Shown here in pieces: positions 23,350 to 36,300 of a stretch of DNA of 64,000 bases (positions are counted from its first letter, which is position 1; each line of letters starts with the position of its first letter). Under the pieces are notes generated by a model, which ran no database searches, was not told the DNA's origin, and saw only the letters and a list, made by a program, of their open reading frames with translations. The position numbers and the translations under genes were made by a program. This DNA comes from Amphiscolops sp. MND2022 (Eukaryota), in the NCBI GenBank assembly GCA_964187785.1, contig OZ076409.1, positions 44,580,001 through 44,644,000 on the forward strand, read 5' to 3'.

Positions 23350-26300
23350 TGCAACGGATTGATGTTTCCCGCCTCTATCACGTGTCGATCTTATGGGTGA
23401 TAACGATTGTGAGCGGACCAGTACAATCTTTTATCATCGGTGCGTTTCCCGGTGAAGTTTAGGGGAGAGTTTGATCTGAGACGATTTCTAAACTTTGATA
23501 TTCCTCCATCAAATATTCTGCTCTGTACCGTGGCGTTGTCGATCGGCTTTGGAGTCTTCGGGCTTTGGAGATGGTGATCATGTAAACCGACCCTCTGGTC
23601 TAGAGGTCCGGTCGCTTTGTTATTTTGCTCCTGTTCAATTTCAGCAATTGGGTTACTGATACTTTTCCTATCTGTTATTTTGCCATTTGAAGTGGTAATC
23701 GTGTGTGTCCTGTTCGATATTGCTATTTGTGGTGTAATGCTATTTGTGTGGTTGTCTACCTTGGGTGTTCCTAAAGGATGCAGTTTCGAATGCTAACATC
23801 AGGGTACTTTCAAGGAAGAAAAAACTTTATTTAGAAACTCTTTTTTTATTTTTCTTCAAATTGGTGAAAACTGGGCAGTCATATCGACAACTCCATTGAT
23901 TGAGTATACCCTCAAGGTATCAGGTTTTGCTGAAATGTTTTCTAATGTAAGTTTTTCAAGTTTTTCTAGTTTCAGCAAGTTCCTTATTTCCGCATTAGGT
24001 TTCCGTCCATAATGAAGTTCCACAGGCGATTTTCTCAGCCTCGTGTCGGGCGATTTTCTCATTACTTCCAGACGGGTAACCATAGCTTTGCCGAATATTT
24101 CTCCTGCTTTGACAATAGTGAGTACAGTTTCTTTCGAAGCTGAAACTCTTCGTTCTACCAGGCCCGTAGGGGTGTGTAAAGACGGTTTTCTTGCAACCTT
24201 CTTGGAAAAAATGGCCCGTGGGAGTGTTTTTGTCCGTTTTAATCGTTTTCAGTACCGCATTTAGTTGGATCTACTGTTCGAGAAATCCTACGGCCGTTTC
24301 TCAGTCTGTTGTTCTACAAAAACGTTCAGCCATTCACTAAGACGGTCAATTAACAATAGGTTATAAAACCGGTGATTGTTCTCCGTGATTGGTCTGATGA
24401 AATTCAATAGGATTTCTTCGTTTGGACTATTCAGTGTTAGTATTTTGTTTTTTTTCCTGGTACGTTAGTTATAATGTACTCACCTGACATTTTGCAGATG
24501 ATGCAGCTATCTTATTTCATCTGAAATGCTTGCTTCTTTTTTGGCCAACAAAAGTGGCCTGCTTAGAGTGACATCTCGTTGATCGCGGGAAGGAGGCGTA
24601 TCATTGTGGTTAGGATATCCTTCCACAGAACTAGTTTGTCTTCAATGAAGACCAGACCGAACCTGCTTTTTTTGCTTGATACTCTTCGGGTATCACTTCG
24701 TGGTGTTGTCGTTCCAATCACACTAGTGTCTTCAGCAGAAATGGATCGGTGGTAGGTTCGGTCATCAATAGCTGCAATCCTGCAGAAAAATATTTTCCTT
24801 CAGGGTTTCGACGAGCTACCAGTTCGGTTTTGACAACATGGACACTTTTTACGCAACGTATGGTGGCCAGCTGACAGCTGGCACTTCGTGAATTGCCATG
24901 TCTTAATCCGTCTCAAGGTCGAGATCTCCGTTTTCCATGAGAAACGATATAACCTGGTTTTGCTGGTTACATCGGATTGGGGGGTTGATTGTCTTTTTCG
25001 GCCGTCATTTAACTGTATTGACTTTGGTGTTGGTGTCTCCGTCTCCCAGAATCGGTCCACAGTTCTGATGATTTGTTGTGATCGCACATCGATTGCTTTT
25101 TGTTCATTTATGAGCTTTGGTTCGTAGTACCTCTTCCGTCTCCCTCCGGTGATGCGGTAAAAGCCGCGGGCTTTACAAGTTTCCTTCACCTTTTGATCAA
25201 TTCTGTTGTCCTACCAGATGAATCGACAACCTCAAAATTATCTATCAATTTGCATCCTCAGAAACGATTAAGTGTGGAGTGTTCGATTTAACGCGGGCGT
25301 TCGCTAAGTTGATAAGGCAATCAATGGTGGTTTGTTCACGCGCGACAGCCAACTGACGTTGGTTGTTTGTTTTTTGCTAGCACCCGTCTGTTTCGTTTTC
25401 TGTTCCGTCTGGTCGGTATGATTGCTTGTGCAACCGTATTCGGAGATAAAATGTTATTGCGGTGGAATATTGTTGATGACGTAGGCGTCTTCTGTTAGCT
25501 GCTGCTGTGTTGTCGGATCTTCTGAGGTAACCCGTTTGTGCTTAATGTTTACCGGCTGTATGGCTCACAATAATAATGAAGTGTGCTACTCAGTCCAGAT
25601 ATCTTGTTGTTCGTGCGCTGTATGTTTAATTGGACCGACTCAGTCCAATCAACGGCTCGAGTGGTTGGTTATCCGTAAATTGTTTTATCGGTTCACCTTA
25701 GATGTTCAGGCGAAATTTTTCTAAACCCCCACTACTGCTAGTAGTTCGAGTTCATTTGTCACAATTTTTGTCGTTGTCTGATGGGAAATTGCTGGCACAT
25801 ATTATTGCTTTAGCCTTCCATCGGATTGCTCCTTCCATTATTTTGCTCCACTGCCTTTGGGACTGACGACTGTTGTTATGATGTTCCGGGAGTTTCAATT
25901 ATAGTGAGCCATAGACGGTCTTCCGTGTTTTTTTGTTCAGTATTTTGAAGTTTGAGTTGAAGTGTTAAGTTGATGAAGTTTGTCTTCAGTATTCATTTTA
26001 CTGGTGAACGACTGTTTTTGATTAATTTTTCTGTGAGCGTTGTTAACCGTCGAGGTCTTCGTGTTGAACTCCGCACTTTTGTTGCTTGTTGGAGCGTCGA
26101 ATGGATTTTTGCTTTTATTGATTGGATGGTGTCTTGTGACCAATTGTCTTTTCCATCCCAACGCTGCTTGTTGTTTCTTCTTTTATAGATTCACCCTTTT
26201 ACTGGATCGACAATTTTTTTGCAAAAATGTCCTGTTTTCTGATTTCGCGCATTTTGTCCCTTTGGCAGGGGTTTCATGTTGTCGCGATCAATTTGGGGCC

Positions 26301-27200
26301 CCGCAACTGTTACCATCTTTATTTAGAGAATTTTACTGGTTTCTCGACAAGGTCTTTTCATGGGGTTTGTTTTTTTCTGCTGATGTAACAAATTGTTTCC
26401 CTCTTCTGTCTCTCGTGAGTCATTCAGTTTTTCGTACATGTACTTGTGTATGGCATCGATTATTGCCTCCATCGACATGGCATTTTTCCTAACATCTTTC
26501 ATAGTCACCGTTTGGCTTTCAAACAAGGGATAAAATTTTTGATGTTAGTGTTTCGGCTGCGGTACGTGTCTCGTGTTCGCTTTTTTTTTCGAAGAAACCT
26601 TTCCAGATATCCACTGCAGATTCTTCATTTTCTCGTTTAAGGTCAAAAACATCTGCTATGTTGGAGGTTTCTCTCTGGAGTAAGAAGTAGGAGAAAAAAT
26701 GCTTATAGCTTGTGTAACGGTGGTGAACTTCTCGTTTCTGTCAAGCCGTGATAGCGTTTTGTCCAGTCTCCCATAAAATACATCTTTTATTTCAGTATCC
26801 AGTTGTTCACGGTGTTTTGGCAGTATTTTTGTCCTGTTTGCTTTGGTTCACAGGTCCATTTCTTTCGTCCTATATTCTTATGTATCGTACAAACTTTTGC
26901 TATTATGGGTGTGATATTTTTTGTCGAGCGTTGCAAGAAGAAGTTTCTGGGTACAAGTCCGGTATGTCATACCGTTCATTGTGCCTTCGGGCAGCAGGTG
27001 TCCATTTGTCAGTGATCCTCCTGTCATCAATGTTGACTTTCCATTTCGTTTGTCGCTCCATTTCGTTGTTTTGTTCTTGTGTTACCTTCCACTGTATGTT
27101 TCGTTGTTCGAAGTGTATGATGATGTGATGTTACTTCAATGGTTATTCTGACTGCACCATGTTGTATTTTGTCGTCTCTTAGTGGAAGAAGAACGTTAAG
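23350..27200 (-). mobile_element. Decayed Ty3/Gypsy pol region
   Basis: RNase H-like NELELLAVV(W)GLEKFRL near 25705-25757; integrase-like LHTPTGLVERRV near 24145-24180 and KSPVELHYGRKPN near 24000; RNase H lies upstream of integrase. Confidence 0.7.
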
Positions 27201-27669
27201 CGAACTAATCTGTATTCATTTTTTTGTAGTTATGTTTGCACTAGTGCTTCTGCATTTAGTTGGCAGGTACAAATGCAGTAAGTAGCAACTATAGAGTAAT
27301 TAATCAAACCAGTCTGAGTTTATGGCTTGTGAACTGGCGCTCTCTACTTCAGTGTTTTACACCTTCATCAAATCGTTAACTAAAATTCAATGTCTTCAAA
27401 TTAGACTGACTTCGAAAATAACCACAAGACGTATTCGAAAAAGTCAAATTTTTAATGAAGGAAATTTAAGCGATTGAAATACGAACACAGATACCGAGAT
27501 ATACTGTTTGCGAAGAAAGAGTTTTTTTGGAGTTCAGAAAAAAACGGTAGTACTATTTTGCTTGCATGGTAGAAGAATCACTGCTGCTTTTAAAAGAACA
27601 CACAACTGAGTGTAAGGTTAAGATGTTTTTTTGCTTCAAAACATGTCCCTTTTTTCAATTCATGAAACA

Positions 27670-28091
27670 GATAACAAACCGGGAAATTTTTTTCGAAATT
27701 TTTTTGAGTTCTCCGGTAAGTCAAATAGTGCCAAAAAATGTAGAATGTGGGACCCTTTGGGGTTTTTTGAACATCCATTCTGTTGCAAAATATCAAACAA
27801 ATTGATGGGGGGAGCAATAAAAAAATTTGGAAAAAGAGAAATGTCTCACAGTGCCGAAAAAAGGGGGAAAGTCTCATAGTGTCGAAAAAAGTGGAAATTG
27901 AAGTACCCTTCTGCTTTAGAATGACTTTTTTAATCTCATGTTAGAGGCTTTGGATGCGTTGAAAATGGAGTACTAAGTACATATGGTAAAAGTTCATAAT
28001 GCACAAAAAGTGGACCGATCGCGTTGAACTGACGAAAAAAAACTAGCCACTGTAAGAGTCGGGATTTTTCCTCGAAAACACCGACTAAAAA
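27670..28091 (-). mobile_element. Helentron-like family 1 related copy
   Basis: Ends CCGACTAAAAA; shares the gtctcacagtgccgaaaa internal motif with 13739-14493. Confidence 0.55.
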
Positions 28092-29408
28092 CAACAATAT
28101 AACAACCGACTGTGAATAACTGCTTAAAATTGCTAGAACAAGACCTCTACTAATTCTTTTGACCGCTCTTCCGTTTCCGCGTTGTTTGCCAGCAATATTA
28201 GAGTAAATGGCCACCAGTGTAGTCTTCGACAATCACTTATTTAGTTTGTATACATGGTAGTGGCAATGTCTCGGGGTTTGAAATATTAGGCTAGCAAAAT
28301 TGGAAGATGCTGAATACTGCTTTTTTTGGACATTTTTACTCAAAATAACCAGCGTGCAAAGTTTCTCTAAAATTTCAAACTGTGGAGTATGACAATTTTT
28401 TCAGTTTCGAGATACTAGATGACAATATATTTTGAACCGATTCGTATCTGCCAAACTATTAGAACCGCGAATCAGAAATTTCAGTGGACTTATTATATTG
28501 AAATTTGGATTCATTTGATTTTCAAAATGTATCCAAAGAAACACGGCTTGAAAATGAAAAAAAAACGAGAGTCGCCAAGAAGTTTTCCGAAAGAAGAAAA
28601 TGACTTCACTGGAACAATGAATCTGGCAAGAAAATGATGCATGATTAATCTAAATCAAATAATCTTTCTGTACATTCCAAAACTATTTGTATCTGTAACT
28701 TCAACGAGCAAAAAAATGCCAAAAAGGGAACAATGTAAAATATTGTTGGAATCTCGAATCAAATATATATCAATGCAAAAGTTCAAAAACTCTATAGTAG
28801 CCCACGTTGATTCGAGTACTCAAACTGTGAAGTCCCAAGCAATGAATTTCCAAGATTCTCGAATCAGAAACATCAGCCATTCTTCGGCCTTGCTTAAGTG
28901 TCTCTCGCTTCGGTTGGAGTTAACTTGGTTAACATGGAATAAGACGTGTAGCTGATGTTTGTATTCAAATTGATATCACCCTAAACGCGCTCTGATATAA
29001 ATACAAAGTCGTCATAAAACACGAATTTGAGTTGACAATTACACCAAAAAATATTGATAATTTATGAAATGCATGTATAATTGCAAGGTTAAGCCATAAA
29101 TTTATGCTGGTTATTTGACCTTCATTACTCAGTAAAGTTTGCAAATGGTCAATCGTCGTCTTCGCAGTACCCAGATAGACCCGTATTACGTTGATGAGTG
29201 TTTAAATAGAAAAATGCACTCAATTTGCAAAATCAAAATAAGTGGAAAGTGAGACGTAAAAAGGGAAAAGACAAGAAATTTTTGATTTCTTTGTTTGTCA
29301 AACAAGGCCGATTGGGTAAAACCTGGCGTTCAAATGCATTTATGCACTGTTATAGAGAACTTTTGAAGCTAAGTCGAGCTATTCTTTGCTAAGATTCTTG
29401 ATTTTCAT

Positions 29409-32400
29409 CTGAGGTGCCAACATTGGAAGATGTTCTTGAGAAACAAAAAAACTGAAAAGCCACAAATGTGGACTGTTTCTAAATTTCTTCCTTCTTATGC
29501 AAAAAAAATTAAAATTCAAAAAACACTTCGTCTTGATTAGGCGTATGGTAACAAAAACCAAGTTTTTCACGAAAAATATCTTTAATTAATTTAGGTTAAA
29601 AAAGTAATCATATTTTAATAAAATGATGTTTATGATATCAATATTTTCAAGTATACACATTTGTTAACAATGTTGTAGGTTAGGATATATTATATTTTGC
29701 TAACTATATTTATGTGTCAAAATATTCATTTATGTTTAAAAAAATTAAAGTCTAAATGGTTGGGACTAACCAGGTGAGTCACGTTTGTGAAGTTTGATGG
29801 GGTAGATTTGAGTTCAGAAAATTAGCTTGACTTTAAGTCGAGCTAAATTTGGATGTGTAAAGACCAAAAAGTTGTCTCTTATTATTCAGCTGACAAACAT
29901 TGAAAGTTTCTATGATTAGTTCTTTTGCCCAAAAAAAATTGGAGAACCTGAAATGAACTTTCAGCGCACATCATGCATCGTGCATAATATTACTATTTCG
30001 TCCTCGATTTTGCATTTTTTGTTCAAAATAAAATTAGTCATAAGTGAGACAGCACGGACATTTGCGACTTGAGTGGTGATCTCTGCTATCTAAAAAAATT
30101 AAAGGCGAATGTATCAACAATAAAATGTAATACGTTTTGATTTTCCAGATGAAAACAGTAGCATGTATGCAATATGCGCACTTCAAAAACGCAACCGTTT
30201 GAGACTAGTAAAAAAACTGGTCACTTCATTGCTCCAACGCTTCAACACCAAAGGAGACTATGTTCCACGCTAGAGATTGTCGGCAAATTTGATGATTAAT
30301 TCAAATTTACACCATGGAGTTACTCAAACAGCTCGTTATTATCTTTACCATAATTATGTGCTCCCGAGCTCAAATTACAGGTTGGAAATTAACATGGTGC
30401 TTCCGAGCTATCGAACCATTGAAAAACCGTAGTTTAACTTAGTATTTTGGGAGTGACAACTTGACAATTTAAGTGTTTTATTTTTTATTTTAATGCTAAC
30501 GAACTGTCCAAAAAATGTGAAATATTTCAGAGTGAAGAATTTACAATGGCGAAGTTTCCGGGAACAGAAATTTCAGGAACGCAACCACAAATAGAGCTTT
30601 CAGAAAACAGTTATTTTGAAAACACATAGTATTTTTTCTCTCACAACTTGTGAGGAAGTTACAGAGGGGTGAGTATGCGGTTAAACCTATAGTTTAAAAA
30701 AGCTGTGTACGGTATATGAAAGTACATTAAGCTAAAGCACAAAAAGTGGAAGTTCCATCTATCAGCCTACTTTTGAAAAACTTCCAGAGACAATGCCAGA
30801 AACTATTCACAGGGGGACCCTTTGGATTCAATAAGGCTCATTTCATGAATACATGGATAAACTGGACGAGGGGCAGTTTCTTAAAAGTAGAAAAACTAAA
30901 AAAACAGCTGAAAAACCATCAGGGTCTTATGAACCAATTTAGATTAAAATAGCTTTGTAATTCCGATAAAAGCGCAAAATAATGATAGAACTGGTTTTGT
31001 ACACTATTTTATGTTACAATTGAAGTTGTCATTGCTTGGATAATTAGAAGAAATTTATACAGGATACTCGGGGCAATGATTGAATGCGATGTTCACTCCA
31101 TTTTCTTTTGCTCGTTGAAGGTTTTCTAATTGCACTGAGGTGCCAACATTGGAAGATGTTCTTGAGAAACAAAAAAACTGAAAAGCCACAAATGTGGACT
31201 GTTTCTAAATTTCTTCCTTCTTATGCAAAAAAAATTAAAATTCAAAAAACACTTCGTCTTGATTAGGCGTATGGTAACAAAAACCAAGTTTTTCACGAGA
31301 AATATCTTTAATTAATTTAGGTTAAAAAAGTAATCATATTTTAATAAAATGATGTTTATGATATCAATATTTTCAAGTATACGCATTTGTTAACAATGTT
31401 GTAGGTTAGGATATATTATATTTTGCTAACTATATTTATGTGTCAAAATATTCATTTATGTTTAAAAAAATTAAAGTCTAAATGGTTGGGACTAACCAGG
31501 TGAGTCACGTTTGTGAAGTTTGATGGGGTAGATTTGAGTTCAGAAAATTAGCTTGACTTTAAGTCGAGCTAAATTTGGATGTGTAAAGACCAAAAAGTTG
31601 TCTCTTATTATTCAGCTGACAAACATTGAAAGTTTCTATGATTAGTTCTTTTGCCCAAAAAAAATTGGAGAACCTGAAATGAACTTTCAGCGCACATCAT
31701 GCATCGTGCATAATATTACTATTTCGTCCTCGATTTTGCATTTTTTGTTCAAAATAAAATTAGTCATAAGTGAGACAGCACGGACATTTGCGACTTGAGT
31801 GGTGATCTCTGCTATCTAAAAAAATTAAAGGCGAATGTATCAACAATAAAATGTAATACGTTTTGATTTTCCAGATGAAAACAGTAGCATGTATGCAATA
31901 TGCGCACTTCAAAAACGCAACCGTTTGAGACTAGTAAAAAAAACTGGTCACTTCATTGCTCCAACGCTTCAACACCAAAGGAGACTATGTTCCACGCTAG
32001 AGATTGTCGGCAAATTTGATGATTAATTCAAATTTACACCATGGAGTTACTCAAACAGCTCGTTATTATCTTTACCATAATTATGTGCTCCCGAGCTCAA
32101 ATTACAGGTTGGAAATTAACATGGTGCTTCCGAGCTATCGAACCATTGAAAAACCGTAGTTTAACTTAGTATTTTGGGAGTGACAACTTGACAATTTAAG
32201 TGTTTTATTTTTTATTTTAATGCTAACGAACTGTCCAAAAAATGTGAAATATTTCAGAGTGAAGAATTTACAATGGCGAAGTTTCCGGGAACAGAAATTT
32301 CAGGAACGCAACCACAAATAGAGCTTTCAGAAAACAGTTATTTTGAAAACACATAGTATTTTTTCTCTCACAACTTGTGAGGAAGTTACAGAGGGGTGAG

Positions 32401-32863
32401 TATGCGGTTAAACCTATAGTTTAAAAAAGCTGTGTACGGTATATGAAAGTACATTAAGCTAAAGCACAAAAAGTGGAAGTTCCATCTATCAGCCTACTTT
32501 TGAAAAACTTCCAGAGACAATGCCAGAAACTATTCACAGGGGGACCCTTTGGATTCAATAAGGCTCATTTCATGAATACATGGATAAACTGGACGAGGGG
32601 CAGTTTCTTAAAAGTAGAAAAACTAAAAAAACAGCTGAAAAACCATCAGGGTCTTATGAACCAATTTAGATTAAAATAGCTTTGTAATTCCGATAAAAGC
32701 GCAAAATAATGATAGAACTGGTTTTGTACACTATTTTATGTTACAATTGAAGTTGTCATTGCTTGGATAATTAGAAGAAATTTATACAGGATACTCGGGG
32801 CAATGATTGAATGCGATGTTCACTCCAATTTCTTTTGCTCGTTGAAGGTTTTCTAATTGCACT
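29409..32863. repeat. Near-perfect tandem duplication of a ~1727-bp unit
   Basis: 29409-31136 versus 31135-32863; identical ORFs at 30746 and 32473; about 3 substitutions and 1 homopolymer indel seen; CT microhomology at the junction. Confidence 0.95.
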
Positions 32864-33399
32864 TCAGTGTTTTCATTGGACAAGCGTTTTGTAAATTGAT
32901 GAAATTTATAAATTTTAGTCGGCGCTTCTCCAAGGAAACCGACTGCAGCACTGGCTTTTTCAAGACCAGCGAACTGACAGGTTTCTTTAAGCACATCACT
33001 ATGAGTTGAATCATAGTAATTTGTAACTTGCAACAAATAGATGCATAGTAATTGCCACGTGGTATAGAGGATTTCTGACATTTCTGAGGCGTGAGAAGCA
33101 TGAGTATGTGAATTCGAGTCTCGCACTGAACCAAAAATTTTTCATGTTTGCAAAAGTAGAGCCCTGTTTGACCCTGTTTCGGTAAAGCACATTATTTCTT
33201 CTTGTTTCATTTATTATAGCATCTAGGAATTTTTAGTGTCGACAGTTGTCTGCCCCCGTGTTTCACCCTTACATTTTCATATATCGCTGAACATTCAAGA
33301 AAGCATTCCAAACCTTATGCGCTGAAAAATAAAATGCTAACAAAACGACGAGAAAAAAAACAAGACTATTGACGTATGACAGCACCTACAGAAAGCACC

Positions 33400-36300
33400 C
33401 CTCAATGTCTGCTTCTATCAGGTGATGTTGAATTATATCCTAGTTCAATAAAATTTCTAACTTTTAATTGAGCAATTCACTAAAAACAAGAAGCAACTGA
33501 AACTCTTCCATCTAAACTGTCAAAGCATGTTGCACAAAAAGCACAGGTTGAATCCAATACTAGCAATCTTGGAGAAGACTGTATTTATGGTTTCACCGAA
33601 ACCTGGCTGAAAAATTGTGACGATGAAACGTTTTGGCAACTGATACAAGATCACTTCAAAACTTACCAAGCAGATCGCCAGCTAACCACGAAAATAAGAG
33701 GCGGTGGGGTAAAGACAACTGTGCCGAAAAATCTCAATCTAAAGTCAAGAAAAGATTTAATTCAAACTGATGAGAATTATTTTCAGAATTCATGCATAGA
33801 GCGTAATTTACAACTGATGTATGAAAGAAAGAAACAATTGATAAATGGGAGTTATAGCTCTAACAAAGTTGTTCATAATACTTTTCTCGAAGAACTATCG
33901 ACAGGCATAAATTATGCAGTAACCGAAATGAAACCCATAATGTTAATGGGTGACTACAATTTGGACTACCTCAAAAGGAAAGAGAAGTTAAGACACAGTT
34001 TTGTACCTTATGGAATAAACATCACGTACATTATTATTCGTGTATCTACAAGAGTATCAGGCAATTGGAAATATCTACTCGATTATATAATTACAGATCT
34101 ACAGGAAGTTAAACGAGTCTATCTTTCCGATACCCGCCTAACAACAATCCGGGGACTTTTGTTTTGCGACCTCTCTCATCACGTAAATTAGAATGCATCG
34201 AACTCCCAAAGTTACACTCAAAGAACTTTTCGATAAAACAGGCTACAGAGTTGAAGAGCTAAGAAACTTGATTAGTAACATCAATTGATGTTTGTTTTAT
34301 ATTCAAACTTCTGCCTAAAATTTCCACAGATATTCTAGAAAAAGCATTAGGGCGAGGTGCACGCGAAAAAATCTTTTTCGTTAAAAACGATAAAAGCAAG
34401 GTAATCAAGATGACACAAATGGATAAAGTAGAAATCAAGAAATTTGAAACGGGAAATTGACTGACTATAGCATGAAACCACAGTCCCTAACCCACCAACA
34501 AAATCAAAATGACTTAGAAAAAATTAAATCTAATCGTTCAGATTTTCAAAATAAAGACTTCAATAATATGAAATCTAACGTGACAGATAGAATTTCGTTA
34601 CCGAGGACAGCAACAGCTAACGACCGAAAATAGAAAAACTCAGTCTGAAAAACCGTTTCGGTTACAGAATCACTGACCAAAAACGAATTCCGAACTCACT
34701 GAGCCACTGATTTTCTAAATTAGGAGAGTATTTTAATAGAATACAAAACAATAATAAACAAATCAGTCTTCTGTCCACAAGCTTCATTTTCTTACATATG
34801 CTGCAAAAGTGTACTTTCCGTAAAACGAGAGCAAATCTCTCAAAAAAACGAACCGTTGGGCCAATCTGACACTCCAGCTTGTGCATTGAAAGTTTCTTTG
34901 AAAATATGAGCTGAACCGCTTTGCTTCATAATTGATGTCGGTATTGAAAAAAGTGAATTTCTAATCACCTACAACAAGCAAATTTTATACCGATTCACGA
35001 GAAAGGTGACAAGGAAGATCCTGATAATTGCAGAAAAACAACAATGTCACCGTCCGTAGCAAAAGTGTTCAAACAAGAACAACTGAACGAACACCTTGAA
35101 AGGATCAACTTACTCAAACAATTGCAATTTGGTGTCAGAGCAAAATATTTTACCACGGATGCTTTACACTGCGCTATGGAAAATATAAAAAAGACCTAGA
35201 TGCCAGTCGAATCAAAGTGGCACCTTTTTTGGACCAAACAAACGCATTCTGTTCGATGTCTCATGAAATCCTTTCAGAACATGGCATCATCTTAACTCCG
35301 GTGGAAAGGTCATCAAAATGATAAAGACACCAAATGGTTGAATTCTCAAAGCTCAGATTGGATTCAACTTTGCCGATGTGTTCCAAAAGGACACTTGTGG
35401 AACCACTTGTTGTTTTCTACATCTATGGTAATGACATGCAGCAATCTGTTATTGAAAACAGTAATGTAATCCAGTATGCTGATGATACAATGATCTTCAG
35501 TTAACATAACGATTTTACGGAAGCTTGCAATAATTTACAGCAAACAATATAAAACTTAGTCATTTTCTTCGATTTACACCAATTAACAATCAATCCGAAC
35601 AAAAAAGAAATTGTTTGTTTTTGAAAACCAACAAAAAACAATTTTGCCAGAAGTCACACCTTGAAAGTTAAAGATGAGATAAAAAAATATCAACAACTGT
35701 GAAATATCTAGAAGTTTATCTAGATCACAATTTGAAATATCAAGATGATGTGAAAAAATGGCTACTGGCACCAAAACACTGTAAGCTATACGTGATATAT
35801 TTCCAACTGTGACACGATTAATAACACTCAGTGGCTACTTTCCAGTCACACACCTTTTCAGCTGTCGTTTTAACTATTGTCGGTGGAAACTTGACTTGAA
35901 CTCTCGAAAAACAGTTCAATTGAGCAATTAAAACTTTGACCATTCAACAGATCTCAAAATTCGACGTAAAATCTTTCCCGTTCGCTGTTTTTACAATTAC
36001 AAACACCATTTGTACCTTTGGAAATCTAAAATAGTGTAATTCCAGCTTCTAATAGAAAGCTACACTTACTGACTACTAAACCACATGTCACATAAAAGAA
36101 CACCAATTGAATAATCAGATACGACAATAAGATAGGAGTTTCTACTCAAAGAATATTTCAAGAGAACATTACCCTTGCGGACGACCCTGCTGAGAAACAT
36201 GATCCGGAAGAAATGTTTATACAAAACAATGAAAAAAAGAATCAAGTCTTTTCATTTCCAAAAATACCTAAAATGAAAAGACCGACCGCAATAAATGGAA
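33400..36300 (+). mobile_element. Decayed CR1/L2-type LINE ORF2 (APE endonuclease plus RT)
   Basis: LLLSGDVELYPS; GFTETWL; RGGGV; LMGDYNLD; LLDYIITD; PIHEKGDKEDPDNCR; QFGVR; QYADDT (YADD 35475-35486); frameshifts and stops. Confidence 0.9.
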
